From an uncultured Actinomycetota bacterium (GTDB taxonomy: Bacteria; Actinomycetota; Actinomycetes; JAHEKZ01), in the NCBI GenBank assembly GCA_963743915.1, contig CAVURN010000002.1, forward strand, positions 224,001 through 288,000: DNA of 64,000 nucleotides, written 5' to 3'. The position numbers and the translations under genes were made by a program. The notes beneath the pieces were generated by a model, which saw only the letters and a list, made by a program, of their open reading frames with translations, was not told where the DNA came from and did not search any database. Of the stretch, positions 60,922 to 64,000 are shown piece by piece. How positions within the stretch are numbered: position 1 is the first letter of the stretch; each line of letters opens with the position of its first letter.

Positions 60922-60949
60922 ACCGCCGATAATCGACATTATGTCAATA
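60922..60949 (+). other. dif: XerC/D dif recombination site
   Basis: ACCGCCGATAA-TCGACA-TTATGTCAATA: 11-6-11 layout with ATAA/TTAT inner repeats; 17/28 identical to E. coli dif. Confidence 0.85.
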
Positions 60950-61008
60950 CACTCACGAGACCCCGGCTCGCCCGATCCGCGAGGCCTCCCCGCGCCTAGG
61001 CTCGCGCC

Positions 61009-61614
61009 ATGCTGATCTGGCTCAACGGCGCGTTCGGGGCCGGCAAGACGCAGACAGCCCATGAGCTGCACCGGCGGCTGCCGGACGGACACGTGGCGGA
61101 TCCGGAGCTGCTCGGGTTCGCCCTGCACCGCATGCTGCCGACAGCGGAACGGCGCGACTTCCAGGATCTGGCGCAGTGGCGCTCCGGCGTCGTCGAGACG
61201 CTTGCACAGGCCGAGCATGCCCACCGGGGGCCGGTCCTCGTCCCGATGACGCTCGTCGAGGACGACTACTTCGACGAGATCATGGACGGGTTGACGTCCA
61301 GGGCTGTGGCGGTCCGCCACTACGCCCTGCTCGCGGAGCCATCCACGTTGCGAAGCCGACTGTCTCACCGTCTTGGCTTCATCGGTTCGTGGATCGGTGA
61401 CGACACGTGGGCGGTCGAGCAGATCCCCCGGTGTGTGGCGGCACTGGCCACCGAGCGCTACGCCACTCACGTCGAGACCGACAACCTCACCACCGATGAG
61501 GTCGTCGAGTGGATAGCGCGTGACGCGGGTCTGACGCTCACCCGTCCACGGCTCGGCCCGCTGCGCTCCCAGCTCCAACGGCTCCGGGTCGGCGTCCGGC
61601 ACGTACGCGCGTGA
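61009..61614 (+). CDS. P-loop kinase, TmrB/AAA_33-like
   Basis: LIWLNGAFGAGKT, DPE..GF, DFQDL..WR and VPMT. Confidence 0.8.
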   Translation: MLIWLNGAFGAGKTQTAHELHRRLPDGHVADPELLGFALHRMLPTAERRDFQDLAQWRSGVVETLAQAEHAHRGPVLVPMTLVEDDYFDEIMDGLTSRAVAVRHYALLAEPSTLRSRLSHRLGFIGSWIGDDTWAVEQIPRCVAALATERYATHVETDNLTTDEVVEWIARDAGLTLTRPRLGPLRSQLQRLRVGVRHVRA

Positions 61615-61651
61615 CCCGTGGGTGATGGCGTTTCCGGCTTAGTCTGGAGCG

Positions 61652-62137
61652 GTGGCCTGGGCGATCCTCGACGTGGACGGCGTGCTGGCTGACGTGCGCC
61701 ACCGGTTGCGCCACGTCCAGGGACGCCCCAAGGACTGGGACGCGTTCTTCGCGGCGGCACCTGAGGACGGCGTGCTGACCGACGGGCTCGAGCGGGCCCG
61801 GGAGCTCGCCGCCGAGCATGAGGTCACCTACCTGACGGGACGCCCCGAGCGCTGCCGGGCTGACACTGTCGACTGGTTGCGCGCGCACGGCTTCCCCGAG
61901 GCCGACCTGGTGATGCGGCAGGACACAGACCGCCGGCCGGCGCGGCTGTTCAAGGTCGAGCAGGTGCGCCGGCTGGCGCGACGGCAGCCGATCGCTGTGG
62001 TGGTCGACGACGACGCAGCAGTGGTCGAAGCCCTCCGCTCCGCGGGCTTCGACGTCGAGCACGCGACGTGGATGACCGAGACCGCGCCGCAGCAGGCTTC
62101 CCTCTTCGACGCCCAGGAGCGCGACGGGCGCACCTGA
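61652..62137 (+). CDS. HAD-superfamily phosphatase (polynucleotide 3'-phosphatase-like)
   Basis: DVDGVLAD, LTGRPE, LVMR..D.RP..FK and VDDD. Confidence 0.8.
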   Translation: MAWAILDVDGVLADVRHRLRHVQGRPKDWDAFFAAAPEDGVLTDGLERARELAAEHEVTYLTGRPERCRADTVDWLRAHGFPEADLVMRQDTDRRPARLFKVEQVRRLARRQPIAVVVDDDAAVVEALRSAGFDVEHATWMTETAPQQASLFDAQERDGRT

Positions 62138-62151
62138 ACGCGCGTCCCGGG

Positions 62152-63207
62152 CTACGTCACGAGACGCAGGGCGGACCGGTACAGCCCCGGGGCCTTGGCG
62201 GCCGCGGGAACGAGGTGGCGGCGGACGGCGTCCTGCTGCGTGCCAGAGACCAGGAGGTCGGTCGACCACCGGAACCGTCGCGTGATGCGGGCCCACTCCC
62301 CCTCGTACCGGTCGAGCCGGCCGGTCACCACCGAGGCCACCGCCGCCTGCGCCGACAGGAAGCCGATGGCGAGGCCCTCACCGGTCAGTGCGTCGACGTA
62401 CCCCGCGGCGTCTCCGACCAGCAGCACGTTGCCCTTGCGGCGTGCTGACGCGGTACGCCGCAGAGGTCCCGCTCCGAGGACGCGTCCGACGGGTTCGGCG
62501 TCGCCGAGCCGGGAGGCGAGCGTGGGGAACGCGCACAGGCGCTCGGCATATGGCCCGCCCGCTCCCCCGAGCAGAGCGACGCCGACGAGGTCGGGTGCGA
62601 CCGGGGTGACGTACGCCTCGTCGTGCTCGGCCCAATGCACCTCGACGTCGTCGCTCCACGGTCGGAGCGCGAAGTGCCCGACAAGTCCGTAACGCCGCGG
62701 GCCTCTGGCTGGTCGCTCAAGGCCGACGGCCTCCCGCACCGTCGAGGACAGGCCGTCACACCCGAGCACGACATCGGCGCGCAGTGAGATGCCGTCCGAG
62801 CACCGGACCTTCACTTCCGACGTTTCGGTCTCGACATCGGTGACGCGAGCCGCAGTCGTCTTCACCCCCGCCGCATCGGCGGCCGCCCGCAGTGCTCGCA
62901 CCAGCTCGGTGCGGCGGACTCCGAGGCCCGCACCGTCGCGCAGATCCGCGCGCACCTGGTGACGTCCGGAGGCGCTCAGGTACCGGATGCCCCGGAACGG
63001 GACGCCGGATGGCACGACGTCGAGCTCGGCGAGCGCACGCACAGCCGACGGCATCAGTCCCTCTCCGCACGCCTTGTCGCCGTCCCCAGTCCGCGCCTCG
63101 AGCAGCGTGACCTCCATCCCTGCCCGGGCGGCCGCCGTCGCAGCGAAGAGTCCGACCGGACCCCCACCGACCACGACGACGGCCACCGCGTCACGCCGTC
63201 TGTGCAT
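62152..63207 (-). CDS. FAD-dependent oxidoreductase/hydroxylase (SrsC-like)
   Basis: GGGPVG, DKACGEGLMP, DG..S and GDAAGYVDALTGEG. Confidence 0.88.
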   Translation of the reverse strand: MHRRRDAVAVVVVGGGPVGLFAATAAARAGMEVTLLEARTGDGDKACGEGLMPSAVRALAELDVVPSGVPFRGIRYLSASGRHQVRADLRDGAGLGVRRTELVRALRAAADAAGVKTTAARVTDVETETSEVKVRCSDGISLRADVVLGCDGLSSTVREAVGLERPARGPRRYGLVGHFALRPWSDDVEVHWAEHDEAYVTPVAPDLVGVALLGGAGGPYAERLCAFPTLASRLGDAEPVGRVLGAGPLRRTASARRKGNVLLVGDAAGYVDALTGEGLAIGFLSAQAAVASVVTGRLDRYEGEWARITRRFRWSTDLLVSGTQQDAVRRHLVPAAAKAPGLYRSALRLVT

Positions 63208-63731
63208 CGGAGGCGTCCACCAGCGCGAGCGCTCGGTTCTCGACGCCGATCCGAGTCCGGAGCAGGAACGCGTTCAGGACCGTGAACACGGTGGAGGTGA
63301 TCCAGGCGGTGTGCACCAGGGGCAGCGACACTCCCTCCGCCACCACGGCCACGTAGTTCGGGTGGCGCACCCATCGGTACGGGCCGGACGTCACGCGTCC
63401 GGCCCCGGGCACGACCACGACCCGGGTGTTCCACTGCGGGCCGAGCGTGGCGATGCACCACCAGCGCAAGGCCTGGGCCAGCAGGACCACCACGAGCATC
63501 GGCCAGCCGAGCCACGGCAGGAAGACCCGGTCGAGCAGCACCACCTCAGCCACCGCGCCGACCAGCAGTCCTACGTGCAGCACCACCATCGCCGGGTAGT
63601 GGCTGCGTCCGTACTCCACTCCCCCACGGGCGAGCGCCCAGGCGACGTGGCGCTGCGAGATCACGCAGCTCGGCCACGCGCTCGACGCCGACCGCGGCGA
63701 TCAGCACGACGAACCAGCCCGTGGACGTCAC
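63191..63731 (-). CDS. Isoprenylcysteine carboxyl methyltransferase family (SrsB/BpsB-like; frameshift near 63665)
   Basis: ERVAEL|VISQR, HYPAMVVLH, LG..WNTRV, GPYRWVRHPNY and RI..E. Confidence 0.88.
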
Positions 63732-63735
63732 ACCG

Positions 63736-64000
63736 TCACCACCGCAGCAGCACCAGCTCGGCGCTGAACCCCGGCCCCATGGCCACCATCACCCCGGTCT
63801 CCCCCGGCTGGGGACGCCGCGACGTGAGCACCTGCTGCAGCACATGGAGCACCGAGGCCGACGAGAGGTTGCCGACGTCGCGCAGCGAGTCCCAGGTCAG
63901 CTGCGTGTGCGTCCGGTCGATCCCCAACGCCTCCTCCAGCGCCAACAGCACCTTCGGCCCACCGGGATGAGCGATCCAGTGATCCACGTCGCGGACAGTC
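63736..64000 (-). CDS. Type III polyketide synthase, C-terminal part (truncated by window)
   Basis: HPGGPKVL, GNLSSASVL and MGPGFSAELVLLRW. Confidence 0.92.
   Translation of the reverse strand, partial: TVRDVDHWIAHPGGPKVLLALEEALGIDRTHTQLTWDSLRDVGNLSSASVLHVLQQVLTSRRPQPGETGVMVAMGPGFSAELVLLRW

Overview
High-GC actinomycete chromosome segment; the scattered 1-bp indels suggest an unpolished long-read assembly. It carries the conserved core block seen in mycobacteria and streptomycetes: tRNA-Leu(GAG), M20 hydrolase, uppP, the phosphatase/DUF3090/SCO1664-kinase trio with mshC, PAC2, a RecB-family nuclease, trmI, the complete Pup-proteasome locus (arc, dop, pup, prcB, prcA, pafA), two FKBPs, pafBC, tatAC, helY, a 5'-3' exonuclease, an Xaa-Pro peptidase, lnt-ppm1-fxsA and rbpA. 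Inserted into this block is a radical-SAM/B12 lysine-degradation cluster (kamA, kdd, amidohydrolase, kamD, kamE, kal; no kce). The right end is an accessory zone: fhs, an amino-acid dehydrogenase, a DUF222-HNH gene, small regulator modules and a truncated type III PKS operon. Non-coding signals read directly from the sequence are a 28-bp Xer dif-like site (60922-60949), two PafBC/RecA-NDp-type leaderless promoters, a SigR-type promoter at rbpA, a 65-bp dispersed palindromic repeat, a 5x11-bp tandem repeat, several long intergenic hairpins and many leaderless starts. The left edge looks like the end of an island integrated at tRNA-Leu. All family assignments come from recognising motifs and synteny by eye; no database search was run.
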